Below are positions 1 to 12,900 of a stretch of 64,000 nucleotides of DNA, one piece after another. Where the stretch lies: the NCBI GenBank assembly GCA_963845515.1, contig CAWJSR010000019.1:23558-87557 (forward strand), written 5' to 3'. The DNA is from an uncultured delta proteobacterium. Its GTDB lineage: Bacteria; Myxococcota; Myxococcia; Myxococcales; Anaeromyxobacteraceae. The notes under the pieces were generated by a model that saw nothing but the letters and a program-made list of their open reading frames with translations, was not told the DNA's origin and searched no databases. The translations under genes and the position numbers were made by a program. Position 1 is the stretch's first letter. Every line of letters starts with the position of its first letter.

Positions 1-26
1 CGGCGCTCAATCTCGAGGAGTAGCAA

Positions 27-2843
27 ATGAACCGGACCACCACGCGCCTCGCAGGCCTCACGCTGCTCATCGGCGCCCTCGCGGTTGCGAGCGAAGCGCG
101 GGCGATCGACGCCAACACCATCAGCGCAGTGGACGTCTCCGAGAAGGACGGCGCGGTCGAGCTCGTCATCAAGGGCTCCCGTCCGCCGAGCTATACGGTC
201 TTCAAGCTGCAGGAGCCGCCGCGCCTCGTGGTCGACCTCTCCGGCGCCGACGTCTCCGGCGTCGCGTCCCCGTTCGAGGTGGCGAAGGGTGGCGTCATCG
301 GCGTCTCCACCGCCCAGTACAAGGACGCGAAGAGCCAGGTCGGCCGCGTCATCGTCGCCCTCGACGGCCCGCGCCGGTACGAGGTGCAGCCGCGAGGCGA
401 CACCGTCGTCGTCCGGGTGATCGCCGATACGGTCGCGGAAGCCGCCGCAGTCCCCGCGCCGGCCGTGGAGCCGAAGAAGGTCGAAGTGATCGCCGAGGCG
501 AAGCCCGAGCCGAAGGCGGAACCGAAGGTCGAGGCAGAGGTCGAAGCGAAGGCCGAGCCGAAGGGGGCACCCAAGGTCGAGGCGAAGGCTGAGCCGAAGG
601 TCGAGGCGAAAGCCGAGAAGACGGTCGAGGCGAAGGCGGAGAAGACGGTCGTGGTCACCCTCCCTCCAGAGGCCGCGCCGGCCGCGCAGCCCTCCGCCCC
701 GGCAGCACCGGCGGACAACGTCGTCGCCCGCCGCGTCGACGAGAAGCGGGTCCGGCGGGGAGCCCACGCGCTCACCGGTGTGCGCGTCACCCGCGACGGC
801 CTCCTCATGGCCACCGACGGCGAGGTGGGGAAGATCGAGATCATCGAGCTTCGCGATCCTGCACGGCTGGCGATCGACCTCCACGGCGTCGCCAAGGCGC
901 CACGCGCCGCGGCGCCCGGCGCCCACGGCTTCGCCCAGGTCCGCTTCGGCCGCGACGAAGGCAGGACGCGCGTCGTCTTCGACGCCGAGGGGACCCTCCC
1001 GGCCTACGAGGTGAAGCGGGTCGCCGGCGGCGTGGCGGTCATCGTCCCGGCGGTCGCCGCTTCCAGGGAGACCCCGCCAGCGGCCGCCGTCGCGCCGGCC
1101 GAGAAGGCGGCGGCCAGGGCCGTCACGGCGAAGTCGAAGATCGCGGACGTCCGCTTCGCCCAGTCCGGCAGCGCGGCGCGGATCGAGATCTCCGGGCGCG
1201 CCCGCTACACGCTCTCACGTCCCGACGCGCGGACGGTCGTGCTCTCGCTCGACCAGGCCGAGCTCCCCAAGAAGCTCGAGCGCTCGCTCGACACGAGCGC
1301 CTTCGACGGGCCGGTCATGATGGTCTCCTCGTTCAACCAGCCCTCGACGGGCCAGGTGAAGGTCGTCGCCAGCCTCCGGGACGAGGCGAGCGATCGGATC
1401 GTCGAGACGCCCGGCGGCATCGCCTGGACGTTCACCGCTGGCGCGGGGCGCGGCCAGGCTGACGCGAAGGCGCAGAGCGCCGAGAGCCAGGCTGCCGGCT
1501 TCGCGCAGGAGGCGCCGGGTTACGCGCTCTCCGGCGCGCCGCAGCAGCGGCGTGGCTACACCGGCCGCCGGATCACGCTGGACTTCCACGACATCGAGGT
1601 CCGGAACCTCCTCCGGCTCATCGCCGACGTCTCGAAGCGGAACATCATCGTCGCCGACGACGTGACGGGCAAGGTGACCGTCTCCCTGCGGAACGTCCCC
1701 TGGGATCAGGCGCTCGACCTCATCCTGAAGACCAAGGGGCTCGACAAGGAGGTGATGGGCAACGTCATCCGGATCGCCAGGCTGGAGGAGATCGCCAAGG
1801 AGCAGGAGGCGCGCGCGAAGGCGGCCGAGGCCCGCAAGCCGCTCATCCCGCTCAAGGTCCGGCTCATCCCGGTCAACTTCGCCCGCGCTGCGGATGTCTC
1901 CGGCCGCGTGAAGGACGTCCTCTCCGAGCGCGGCACCGTGTCGACGGACGAACGGACCAACGTCCTGATCGTGAAGGACATCCAGGAGAACCTGACCAAG
2001 GCGGAGGGGCTGGTGCGCAACCTCGACACCGAGATCCCGCAGGTCCTCATCGAGAGCCGTATCGTCGAGGCCTCCTCCAACTTCAACAAGGCGCTCGGCG
2101 TTCAGTGGGGCGGCAACGCCTCCTTCACGACCGCGACCGGCAACCCCACCGGCATCTACTTCCCCAACCAGATCGCGGCAGCCGGAGGCATCGCCGGCGG
2201 CGCCACCGCCGGAACGTCGGCCACGCCCCAGTACGCCGTGAGCCTCCCGGCGGCCGTCGGAGACGGCTCCGGCGGAGCCCTCGGCCTCATCCTCGGCTCG
2301 GCGGCCGGCGCCTTCAACATCAACCTGCGCCTCTCTGCCCTCGAGAACCAGGGTGTCGTGAAGACGATCTCCGCTCCCAAGGTCGCGACGATCGACAACA
2401 AGGAGGCGAGCATCGGGCAGGGCATCTCGATCCCGTTCTCGCAGACGTCGGCCAGCGGCGTGAGCACGACCTTCATCGAGGCCAAGCTGGAGCTGAAGGT
2501 GACGCCCCACGTCTCGGCGGACGGCTCGATCCTCCTGAAGATCAAGGCGACCAACAACGCGCCGAACCCGCAGCTCACCGGCGCCAACGGTCAGCCCTCG
2601 ATCTCGAAGCGCGAGGCGGACACCGAGGTGCTGGTCAAGGACGGCGAGACCACCGTCATCGGCGGCATCTACACGCGGGCCACCTCGCACCGCGAGGCGC
2701 GCGTCCCGTTCCTCGGCAAGCTGCCGATCCTGGGCTTCTTCTTCCGGACCCGTGCCGACCAGGACGACCACACCGAGATGCTGATCTTCATCACGCCGCG
2801 CATCCTGAACCGTCAGGCCACGACGGTCGGGGCAGGCAGCTGA
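27..2843 (+). CDS. pilQ: Type IV pilus secretin PilQ with N-terminal AMIN domains
   Basis: Signal peptide; repeated AMIN-like motifs (PPRLVVDL, PARLAIDL); RITLDFHDIEVRNLLRLIA STN/N0 domain; QVLIESRIVEA and VPFLGKLPILGFFF...EMLIFITPRI secretin motifs; GAGGAG RBS. Confidence 0.95.
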   Translation: MNRTTTRLAGLTLLIGALAVASEARAIDANTISAVDVSEKDGAVELVIKGSRPPSYTVFKLQEPPRLVVDLSGADVSGVASPFEVAKGGVIGVSTAQYKDAKSQVGRVIVALDGPRRYEVQPRGDTVVVRVIADTVAEAAAVPAPAVEPKKVEVIAEAKPEPKAEPKVEAEVEAKAEPKGAPKVEAKAEPKVEAKAEKTVEAKAEKTVVVTLPPEAAPAAQPSAPAAPADNVVARRVDEKRVRRGAHALTGVRVTRDGLLMATDGEVGKIEIIELRDPARLAIDLHGVAKAPRAAAPGAHGFAQVRFGRDEGRTRVVFDAEGTLPAYEVKRVAGGVAVIVPAVAASRETPPAAAVAPAEKAAARAVTAKSKIADVRFAQSGSAARIEISGRARYTLSRPDARTVVLSLDQAELPKKLERSLDTSAFDGPVMMVSSFNQPSTGQVKVVASLRDEASDRIVETPGGIAWTFTAGAGRGQADAKAQSAESQAAGFAQEAPGYALSGAPQQRRGYTGRRITLDFHDIEVRNLLRLIADVSKRNIIVADDVTGKVTVSLRNVPWDQALDLILKTKGLDKEVMGNVIRIARLEEIAKEQEARAKAAEARKPLIPLKVRLIPVNFARAADVSGRVKDVLSERGTVSTDERTNVLIVKDIQENLTKAEGLVRNLDTEIPQVLIESRIVEASSNFNKALGVQWGGNASFTTATGNPTGIYFPNQIAAAGGIAGGATAGTSATPQYAVSLPAAVGDGSGGALGLILGSAAGAFNINLRLSALENQGVVKTISAPKVATIDNKEASIGQGISIPFSQTSASGVSTTFIEAKLELKVTPHVSADGSILLKIKATNNAPNPQLTGANGQPSISKREADTEVLVKDGETTVIGGIYTRATSHREARVPFLGKLPILGFFFRTRADQDDHTEMLIFITPRILNRQATTVGAGS
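490..651 (+). repeat. Degenerate coding tandem repeat (KAEPKVEA / KAEKTVEA units) in the PilQ linker
   Basis: Repeated ccgaaggtcgaggcgaaggc-type units translating to AKPEPKAEPKVEAEVEAKAEPKGAPKVEAKAEPKVEAKAEKTVEAKAEKTV. Confidence 0.8.
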
Positions 2844-2973
2844 GCCCCAGGACTGCGCGGCTGCAGCCGGGAGCTCTGCCGGGAGGCGCGGCAGTCTGAC
2901 GCACCGCGTCCTCACCGATGCTTGACGCCCTACGCGGGGGCGGGCTAGTAAGGTGCCCGTCTCCGTGCGGTCT

Positions 2974-2996
2974 TGCCCGGAAAGACGGGCATTTTT
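2974..2996 (+). terminator. Intrinsic terminator-like hairpin between pilQ and the roadblock gene
   Basis: TGCCCG-GAAAGA-CGGGCA followed by TTTTT. Confidence 0.55.
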
Positions 2997-3015
2997 CAGC
3001 ACGGAGCGACGAGAC

Positions 3016-3375
3016 ATGGGCTTTCGCGAGCATCTTCAGGAGGTCTGCCGCAATGTCGAGGGGGCGGTCGCCTGCTCGCTCATGGGCGTGGACGGCATCG
3101 AGGTCGACACGCACCTGAACGAGGGCGGGGACATCGACTTCCGCACCCTGCTCATCGAGTACTCCGGGATCCTCCGCAGCGCGCGGGAGGCTGCCGAGTC
3201 CAACCAGGCCGGCGGGGTCGCCGAGGTGAGCATCTCGACCGACAGGCTGATCGCGGTGGCCCGGATCGTCTCGCCGGAGTACTTCATGGTCGTGGCGCTG
3301 ACGCCCGACGGCAACTTCGGCAAGGCGCGCTACTACCTGCGCGTGACGGCCCCGAAGCTGGCGGCGGAGTTGTAG
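3016..3375 (+). CDS. mglC: Roadblock/LC7 domain protein, MglC-like polarity protein
   Basis: 119 aa with VEGAVACSLMGVDGIEV and GNFGKARY roadblock pattern; the position between pilQ and efp matches my recollection of the myxobacterial mglC locus. Confidence 0.7.
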   Translation: MGFREHLQEVCRNVEGAVACSLMGVDGIEVDTHLNEGGDIDFRTLLIEYSGILRSAREAAESNQAGGVAEVSISTDRLIAVARIVSPEYFMVVALTPDGNFGKARYYLRVTAPKLAAEL

Positions 3376-3469
3376 CGGCTCGAAGACAACACGAAGGAGC
3401 GGGCGAGCGCCGACGGTGGCGTCCCTCTCCATCCCTCCGCGCAGCGGAGTCCCAAGGAGCAGAGCAGAG

Positions 3470-4042
3470 ATGGCGGACACGATCGACACAGCCGACTTCC
3501 GCAGGGGCCTCAAGATCCAGATCGACGCGGACCCCTGGGAGATCGTCGAGTTCCAGCACGTGAAGCCGGGCAAGGGCTCGGCCTTCGTGCGGACCCGGAT
3601 CAAGAACCTGATCAACGGCCGGACGATCGACAGGACGTTCAAGTCCGGCGACCAGGTTGGCAAGCCCGACATCGAGGAGAAGGAGATGCAGTTCCTCTAC
3701 CGCGAGGGCGAGCACTTCAACTTCATGGACAACAAGTCCTTCGAGCAGACGTTCCTCACAGAGGAGCAGATGGGGGACGCGAAGAAGTTCATCAAGGACA
3801 ACACGACGACGCACATCCTGTTCTTCAACGGCAAGGCCATTGGAGTGACCTTGCCGAACGCGATGGACCTCCGGGTCGTGAAGTGCGATCCGGGCGTGCG
3901 GGGCGACACCGTCTCGGGCGCCACCAAGCCCGCCACCCTCGAGTCCGGCTACGTCGTCAACGTGCCGCTCTTCATCAACGAGGGGGAGATCCTCCGCATC
4001 GACACCCGCACCGGCGAGTACCTCACCCGCGTGGCCGGCTGA
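3470..4042 (+). CDS. efp: Elongation factor P
   Basis: [13 protein letters not shown] loop; [34 protein letters not shown]. Confidence 0.98.
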   Translation: MADTIDTADFRRGLKIQIDADPWEIVEFQHVKPGKGSAFVRTRIKNLINGRTIDRTFKSGDQVGKPDIEEKEMQFLYREGEHFNFMDNKSFEQTFLTEEQMGDAKKFIKDNTTTHILFFNGKAIGVTLPNAMDLRVVKCDPGVRGDTVSGATKPATLESGYVVNVPLFINEGEILRIDTRTGEYLTRVAG

Positions 4043-4073
4043 CGGCCCCCAGGCTAGGAGACGACCGAACCAT

Positions 4074-4580
<507 letters not shown>

Positions 4581-4598
4581 CTCCGGGGGAGCGCCTCC

Positions 4599-5974
<1,376 letters not shown>

Positions 5975-6049
5975 CCCTCCCCAGCCGGGGGTAGGCGTGG
6001 GGGTCGAAAAACGGGTGTAATTCCGCGTACCGTCGTGGGATTCCCCGTC

Positions 6050-6078
6050 TTGACCGACCCATGCCCTTTGACTAGGCT
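6050..6078 (+). promoter_or_regulatory. Putative sigma70-type promoter for the TPR gene
   Basis: TTGACC-17 nt-TAGGCT. Confidence 0.5.
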
Positions 6079-6170
6079 GGGTACGGTCTGGGGGCACGTC
6101 GCCTCCGGGTGTGCCCGCGTGGGTTTCGCCGCGAGCGCAGGTCCCCGCGATAGGCGCTCCGCCCGGCCCG

Positions 6171-8936
6171 ATGGCAGTCGACAAGAACAAGATCATCGCT
6201 GAGGCGACCAAGCTCGTTCAGAAGGGCGCCTTCGACAAGGCCATCAAGACGTACGAGCGGATCCTCGCCGAGGATCCGAAGGACGTCCGCGTCGTCCTGA
6301 AGATCGGCGAGCTCTACCAGAAGCTGCGCGACGACAGGGCGGCCGCCGAGGCCTTCAAGCGGGTCGCCGACATCTACACCGACCAGGGCTTCTTCCTGAA
6401 GGCGGTGGCCGTCTTCAAGCAGGCCAGCAAGCTCGATCCCGACGACCTCGGCGTCAACGAGAAGCTCGCAGCGCTCAACCAGCAGCTCGGGCTGATGAGC
6501 GACGCGATGAGCCAGCTCCAGCTCGTCGCCGCTTCCTACGAGAAGGCCGGCGACCAGGCGCGGCTCCTCGACGTCCTGAAGCGCATGCTCGAGCTGGATC
6601 CGGACAACATCGCGTCCTCGATCAAGCTCGGGGAGCTCCACGGGCGCGCGAACCAGCCCGCCGCCGCCCTCGAGTACTTCCAGCGGGCCGCCGACTACCT
6701 CAAGAGCCACAGCCGGCCCGACGAGTGGGTGAAGGTCGCGGAGCGGATCGCGGCGCTCAGTCCCGACGACGCGCCGCTCGCGCGCGAGCTGGCGCACGTG
6801 TACCTGGCGAAGGGCGACACCAAGCGCGCCCTGGCCAAGCTCCAGTTCTGCTTCAAGGCCGATCCCAAGGACGTCCAGACCCTGACGCTGCTCGCCCAGG
6901 CCTTCCGCGACCTGGGCCAGAGCGGGAAGACCACCTCGGTCTACAAGGAGCTGGCCCGTATCTACGAGGAGCAACGGAAGCCGGCGGAGGCCAGGTCGGT
7001 CTGGAGGAAGGTACAGGAGCTCGCGCCGGACGATCCGGACGCGGTCGCCGCGATCGGGGGCGGCCCAGCTGCGCCCGCCGCGCCGCAGCCGGCTGGGAGG
7101 CCAGCGGCCGCCCCCGCCGGCCCGCCGCCCGGTGCCTTTCGCCAGCCGGCCGCGCCCCCGCCGGGCGCCCTCCGCCAGCCGGCTGGCGTTCCGATCGGCG
7201 CGATCCGGCCGGTAGCCCAGTCCGCGGCCGCCTCCGGCCCAGGGGACGTGGCCAAGCTGCTCTCGGAGGTGGAGGTCTACGTCAAGTACGGCCTCCATCC
7301 CAAGGCGCTCGATCACCTGAAGAAGATCTTCGCCATCCAACCGGACAACGCCGAGGCGCTGGAGAAGGCGCGCGAGGTGCACCTCGCGGCCGGCGACGTC
7401 GACTCGGCGGCGGGGGCGGGCGCGAGGCTGGTGCGCAGCCTCCACGACAATGGCGACGACCCGCGCGCCCGGGACGAGCTCCTTCGCCTGCGCCAGATCG
7501 CGCCGGGCTTCCCCGCGATCCACGAGCTCGCTGAGCTGGTCGGGGGCGAGCGGACCGACGAGGTGTCGCTCGACACGGCGGACGTCGAGGAGCTGACGCT
7601 CGCGACCGACGCCGCCGTGGAGATTGCCGGGGAGGACGACCTCGCGCTCGCGGTCGCCGGGAACGAGGGCGACGAGGTAGTCGACGAGGAGGAGGAGGCG
7701 GCGGTCGGCGCCGGGCCGGGGCACCCGGACGCCGATGACGAGGGGCTCGACCTCGCAGTGGAGGCTGCAGACGCCGCGTTCGACGAGGACGAGCTCGTCG
7801 ACGAGGAGCCCCCGGCTCCCGCGCCTCCGCCCCCGCGCTCGGCCCGGCCTCCCCCGTCCCTCGCGCGCCCGGTCGTGACGCCGCCACCGGGCCCTCCCCC
7901 GGGGGCTGTTCGCACCGCTCCGGCCAAGGCGTCGCCTGCGGCCCGGCCAGTGGCGAAGCCAGCGCCCGCGAAGGCGCAGCCCCCCGCCGCCAGGCCCGCG
8001 GCAGCGCGTCCGCCGGCACGTCCACCTCCTCCGCCCGAGGACGAGGAGCTCGATCTCTCCGACGATCTGGAGGAGGTCGACTTCTTCATCCAGCAGGGGC
8101 TCCTCGACGACGCCCGCGAGAAGCTCGAGGGGCTCGCCCGGTTCTACCCGGACCACTCCGGGCTGAAGGCCAAGCTCGCCGAGCTGGGGCGCCGCGAGAA
8201 GGGGAGCGCAGGCGACGGCGAGGCCCGAGTCACTCCGACGCTGATCGCGCCGGCCTCCTCGGACGACAGCTTCGACATCGCGCGGGACCTCGCAGACGAG
8301 CTGGGCGCCGCCGGCAACATCGAGGACGCAGGAGGGGCAGGGGAGGACTTCCAGTTCTCCGTGGAGGACGTCTTCAACCAGTTCAAGAAGGGGGTGGAGC
8401 AGACCGTGGGCAAGGAGGACAGCGACACCCACTTCGACCTCGGCATCGCCTACAAGGAGATGGGGCTCCTCGACGCCGCCATCGAGGAGTTCGAGACGGC
8501 CTCGAAGGGGAACAACAAGCGGAAGGAGGTCGACTGCTTCTCGATGATCGGCCTCTGCCGCGTGGCGCAGGGGGACACCAAGGCGGCCATCAAGGCGTTC
8601 CGGCACGCCCTCTCCTCCGACTACCTCAACCGCGACGCCGCGAAGGCGCTCCACTTCGAGCTCGCCGCCGCCTACGAGGAGGCCGGTGACAAGGACGGCG
8701 CCCTCTTCTTCTTGCAGAAGCTGAACAAGATCGATCCCGCCTACCGAGGGGTCGGCGCCAAGGTCGCTGCGCTCGGCGGGGGGCCGGGGAAGGTCCCCGC
8801 CGAGTTCGCCGCCGCGGCCCGGCCGCCCGGCTCCGCGCCCCGGCCGGCGCCGGCCAGGCCTCCCTCCGGATCCAGGACGGGCGGGTCCTCCCCCACCCCC
8901 GTCCCCGGCTCCAAGAAGAACATCGGATACCTGTAA
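6171..8936 (+). CDS. sgmX: TPR-repeat protein, SgmX-like (type IV pilus activator)
   Basis: N-terminal TPR array, Pro-rich and acidic linkers, C-terminal TPRs (THFDLGIAYKEMGLLDAAI), KKNIGYL tail; synteny downstream of accC as in myxobacteria. Confidence 0.75.
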   Translation: MAVDKNKIIAEATKLVQKGAFDKAIKTYERILAEDPKDVRVVLKIGELYQKLRDDRAAAEAFKRVADIYTDQGFFLKAVAVFKQASKLDPDDLGVNEKLAALNQQLGLMSDAMSQLQLVAASYEKAGDQARLLDVLKRMLELDPDNIASSIKLGELHGRANQPAAALEYFQRAADYLKSHSRPDEWVKVAERIAALSPDDAPLARELAHVYLAKGDTKRALAKLQFCFKADPKDVQTLTLLAQAFRDLGQSGKTTSVYKELARIYEEQRKPAEARSVWRKVQELAPDDPDAVAAIGGGPAAPAAPQPAGRPAAAPAGPPPGAFRQPAAPPPGALRQPAGVPIGAIRPVAQSAAASGPGDVAKLLSEVEVYVKYGLHPKALDHLKKIFAIQPDNAEALEKAREVHLAAGDVDSAAGAGARLVRSLHDNGDDPRARDELLRLRQIAPGFPAIHELAELVGGERTDEVSLDTADVEELTLATDAAVEIAGEDDLALAVAGNEGDEVVDEEEEAAVGAGPGHPDADDEGLDLAVEAADAAFDEDELVDEEPPAPAPPPPRSARPPPSLARPVVTPPPGPPPGAVRTAPAKASPAARPVAKPAPAKAQPPAARPAAARPPARPPPPPEDEELDLSDDLEEVDFFIQQGLLDDAREKLEGLARFYPDHSGLKAKLAELGRREKGSAGDGEARVTPTLIAPASSDDSFDIARDLADELGAAGNIEDAGGAGEDFQFSVEDVFNQFKKGVEQTVGKEDSDTHFDLGIAYKEMGLLDAAIEEFETASKGNNKRKEVDCFSMIGLCRVAQGDTKAAIKAFRHALSSDYLNRDAAKALHFELAAAYEEAGDKDGALFFLQKLNKIDPAYRGVGAKVAALGGGPGKVPAEFAAAARPPGSAPRPAPARPPSGSRTGGSSPTPVPGSKKNIGYL

Positions 8937-8951
8937 ACTCAGGGCCACAGC

Positions 8952-9872
8952 GTGAACTACCTCCAATTCTACGACCTGAGCCAGGAGCCCTTCTCGAACG
9001 CGCCGGTGTCGCGCTTCTACTACTCGTCAGCGCAGCACGCGCAGGCGCTGATGCGGCTCACCCACGCGGTCGCCAACATGAAGGGGCTCGCCATCCTGGT
9101 CGGCGACATCGGCGCGGGGAAGACGACGCTCGCCCGGCGGATGCTCGACAGCCTCCCGGAGCGGGAGTACGAGGCCGCCCTGCTCGTGATCATCCACTCC
9201 GGGATCACCGCGGGCTGGCTGCTGAAGCGGATCGCGCTCCAGCTGGGCGTCGAGAGCCCGTCAGAGGACAAGCTCACCCTGCTCTCGCAGCTATACCAGC
9301 GGCTGGTGAAGATCTACGAGCAGGGGAAGAAGGCGGTCATCCTCATCGACGAGGCGCAGATGCTCGGCACCCGCGAGATCATGGAGGAGTTCCGCGGGCT
9401 GCTCAACCTCGAGGTGCCGGAGCGGAAGCTCCTCTCCTTCGTCTTCTTCGGGCTTCCCGAGATCGAGGACAACCTGCGGCTCGATCCTCCCCTCGCCCAG
9501 CGCGTTGCGCTGAAGTACCGGCTGGAGCCGCTCAACTTCGAGTCGACGGAGGCCTACATACGCCACCGGCTCAAGCTGGCAGGGGCCGCGCGCGTCCCCT
9601 TCACGGCGCAGGCGCTGAAGCGCATCCACCTGCACACGAGGGGAACGCCGCGCGTCATCAACACCCTGTGCGACAACCTCCTCTTCGAGGGGTTCGTGGC
9701 CCGGACACGCGAGCTGGACGAGAAGCTGGTGGACCGGGTGGCGCGCGATCTCGGCTTCGACTTCCGGCCACCGGTCGCGCCGCCCGGTGCTCCCCCCGGA
9801 GCGCGGCCGGGCGAACGGCAGAAGCTCGATCTCGCGGAGATCGATCGTTACCTCGACTCGCTAATGAAGTGA
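8952..9872 (+). CDS. ExeA-family AAA ATPase
   Basis: EPFSNAP N-terminus, GDIGAGKTT Walker A, ILIDEAQ Walker B, GTPRVINTLCD. Confidence 0.9.
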   Translation: MNYLQFYDLSQEPFSNAPVSRFYYSSAQHAQALMRLTHAVANMKGLAILVGDIGAGKTTLARRMLDSLPEREYEAALLVIIHSGITAGWLLKRIALQLGVESPSEDKLTLLSQLYQRLVKIYEQGKKAVILIDEAQMLGTREIMEEFRGLLNLEVPERKLLSFVFFGLPEIEDNLRLDPPLAQRVALKYRLEPLNFESTEAYIRHRLKLAGAARVPFTAQALKRIHLHTRGTPRVINTLCDNLLFEGFVARTRELDEKLVDRVARDLGFDFRPPVAPPGAPPGARPGERQKLDLAEIDRYLDSLMK

Positions 9873-9912
9873 TCGCCGGCCTGTTCTCCCCGGTCGGGCG
9901 CTTCCTTGGTGG

Positions 9913-12900
9913 ATGGCCGAGTCGAGGGGAGAATCGCAGGGCCCGGAGCACCCAGTGACGAAGCGCCGCCTTGCCCTAGCGCTGCTGGCGTTCGTCGTGA
10001 CCCTCGTGGTCGCGACGATCCTGCTCCTGCGCACGCGCTGGGCCGGGGACAGGATCTGTGCGGCCGCGGCCTCCCGCATCTCGATCGCCGCCGGCCAACC
10101 CGTCGTCCTCGCGGGCTGCCGCGTCGAGCCGCTCGCCCTCTCCCTCACGACCGAGGGGCTGCGCCTCGGTCCGGAGGCGGCCCCACTCTTCGTCGCCGAC
10201 GCGGCCTCCGTCCGGCTCGCGGCGGTGCAGTCGCTCGGCGCCCGCCTGGTCATCGACCGGGTCCGCCTGGTCCGGCCGCGCCTCGTCCTCCCGGCGGCGC
10301 GCGGCCAGCGGCGGGCCCCCGTGGACTGTCCGGGTCCGGTCGCGAGCCGCCTCCAGGTGCGCCAGCTCGAGATCGAGGACGGCGGGCTCGACGTCGGGCT
10401 TCCCGCTGGCCGCCTCCGGATCGAAGGGCTGACCGTTCGGGGCGCGCCGGGCGGCGTCCGCGCCGCGCTCAGCGCCCTCACCGGCGCGGCCCGCACCAGG
10501 CTGGTGATCGGGGCGGCCTCCGTCTCGCTCGAGGCGACCAGGCGCCGCTACCAGCTCGAGCGGGTCGCTGCCGAGGCGGAGGTGTCCGGTGACCTCGCGC
10601 GCGCCGACCTGGTGTCCTCGGACGCATCGTGGAACGGCGTCCGGCTGAATGCCTTCGGCCCCATCGGCGACCCGTGCCGTCCAGAGCTCGACCTCGCGGT
10701 CCGCGCGACCGGCCCGATCCCTCGCATCCTCGACCTGGTCGGCGCGCCGGACGAGCGCTGGGCCGGCGACGGCGAGGCGGTGCTCCGCCTGAAGGGGCCG
10801 CTCGCCCGGCCGGCGCTGAGCGGCGAGGCGAGGGTCGCGCGCTCGCGCCACGGGAACCTGGAGGTGGGCGATGGACGCGCGCGGTTCCACTACGACGCGG
10901 GGAAGGTGCACGTCGACTCGCTGGAGGTCGACGGCGCCACCGGGCGCGTCACCGGGAGGGCCACGGTGGGGGTGGAGCGCGGGCTCCCAGCGCAGGTCGA
11001 CCTCAGCGTCGGCGGGATGGATCCAGCGGAGATCCTCTCGCGCGTCGGCGTGAAGGGGGCCTGGGTCACCGGCCGGATCGACGGCACGGTGAGCGTCTCG
11101 GGGACGCTCTCGCCGATCGACCTCTCGGGGACCGTCTCCACCGCCGTCGCCGACTTCCGCGCGCTGCACCGCTCCTGGGAGCGGGTCGAGCCGGGAGAGC
11201 CGGCCTACCTCGACGTGCCGCGCGCCCGGGTGGACGGCCGGGTCCGGCTCACGCCGGTGCGGCTCCGGCTAGAGGAGGGCCGCATAGCTGCGGGGCGCGG
11301 CAGCGTGGGCGTCGACGTCGACGTGGGGCTGACGCCCGGCGCCGGCTTCACGGTCCGGTACGCGGGCGCCGCCGACCTCGACGTGCTCGGGCACGTCGCG
11401 CAGAATCCCGTGGGGCGGGATGCTCTCCGCCGAGGGGACGATCGGGATCGCTCCGCCCGGGCAGCTGCGTGCCGCTGCGCGGGTGCGCGTCGAGGGGTTC
11501 CGCTTCCTCGACGTCGCCCTCGGCCGCGCCTCCGCCGACGTCACCTTCGTCGACTTCGTCATGCGGCTCGGCGGCATCGAGGGGGCGATCAACCAGACGC
11601 GGTACCGCGGCGAGGCGGCGATCGACCTCCACCGGACGCCTGTCCAGATCCTCTCCTCCCGCTGGGAGGCGCGTGGACGGCTCCGCGACCTCTTCGACGC
11701 GGTGCTCGACTGGATCCCCAAGGTCCGCTACGCGCGCGACGCGATCGACGGGGACATCGAGCTGACGGCGACCGCCGTGGGGCGCGCCGGCGCGCCCGAC
11801 GGCACGTTCGACGCCCGGCTCGGCGTGGGGACCTTTCTCGGCAGGCGCTTCGAGTCGGGGAGGCTGGAGGGGCGGATGACCGCCGGCGCCGAGGCCTTCT
11901 TCGAGCGGGCGGAGCTGAAGCGGGATGGCGGCTGGCTGCGCGCGCGGGGGACGTGGGGCTTCGTACCCCCGTTCCCGTGGGGGCTCGACGTCTCCTGGGC
12001 AGGGCTGCCCATGGGTGCGCTGGCGCTCCCGGGCGGCGCCTGGTCGGGCTCGTCCAGCGGCACCGCACGGCTCGACGGCAGCTTGAACGAGCCGCGCATC
12101 CGCTTCTCGGGGAGCGGGGACGCGGTGGCGATCGACGCGGTCAGGATCGGCGCGGTCCAGGTCGGCGGCACGGTCGACGGCGCCCTGGTGACCGTCACGG
12201 GGAGTGCCGACGGGCTGCGGTTCGCCGGGGAGACCCGGCTCGACGGGCGCCAGCCCTACGAGGCGCAGGTGGACATCGACCTCCAGGACGCCGAGCGGCT
12301 CGTGCCAGGCGCGCCGGCGCCGCTCCGCCTCCGCGGCGAGGGGGTGGTCCGCGCGCGGGGCGACCTGGCCGACCTCCCGGCGTCGCGCGTCTCTGTCGAG
12401 CTCGGCGCCGCGTCGCTCGGCTACGCCGACTTCCGCGTGGAGGCGGGCGGCCCGCTCGTCGCCGAGTACGACCGCCGCGTCGTCACCCTCCGCCCCGTGA
12501 GGCTCAAGGGGGTCGAGACGGAGATCGACGTCTCCGGCGGGGTCGGCGCCGACGGGCAGCTCGACTTCGACGCGGAGGGTCACCTCGACCTCCGGCTCAC
12601 CGGCGGCCTCTTCTCGCAGGCTCGTGGGCCGAACGGCCGGCTCGACTTCCTCGCCCACGTCGCCGGTCCCCTCGCCGCTCCGGTCCTCATCGGCACCGGG
12701 CGGGTGGCGGCCGCCGGCTTCACGATGAAGTCGGTCCCGCTCACCTTCACGGGGCTCACCGGCGACCTCGCGTTCTCCCAGAACAGGGTCATCTTCGATC
12801 GGCTGGACGGCGCGGCGAACGGCGGCCGAGCGCGCCTGCGCGGCGAGGTCGAGCTGCGGCGGCTGCTGCCGTACGCCTTCCGCATCGAGGGCGAGGCGGA

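Noticed and set aside
11400..11410. tamB split into two genes
   Set aside because: One extra A restores a continuous frame, and the first ORF turns to off-frame Arg-rich text after this point.
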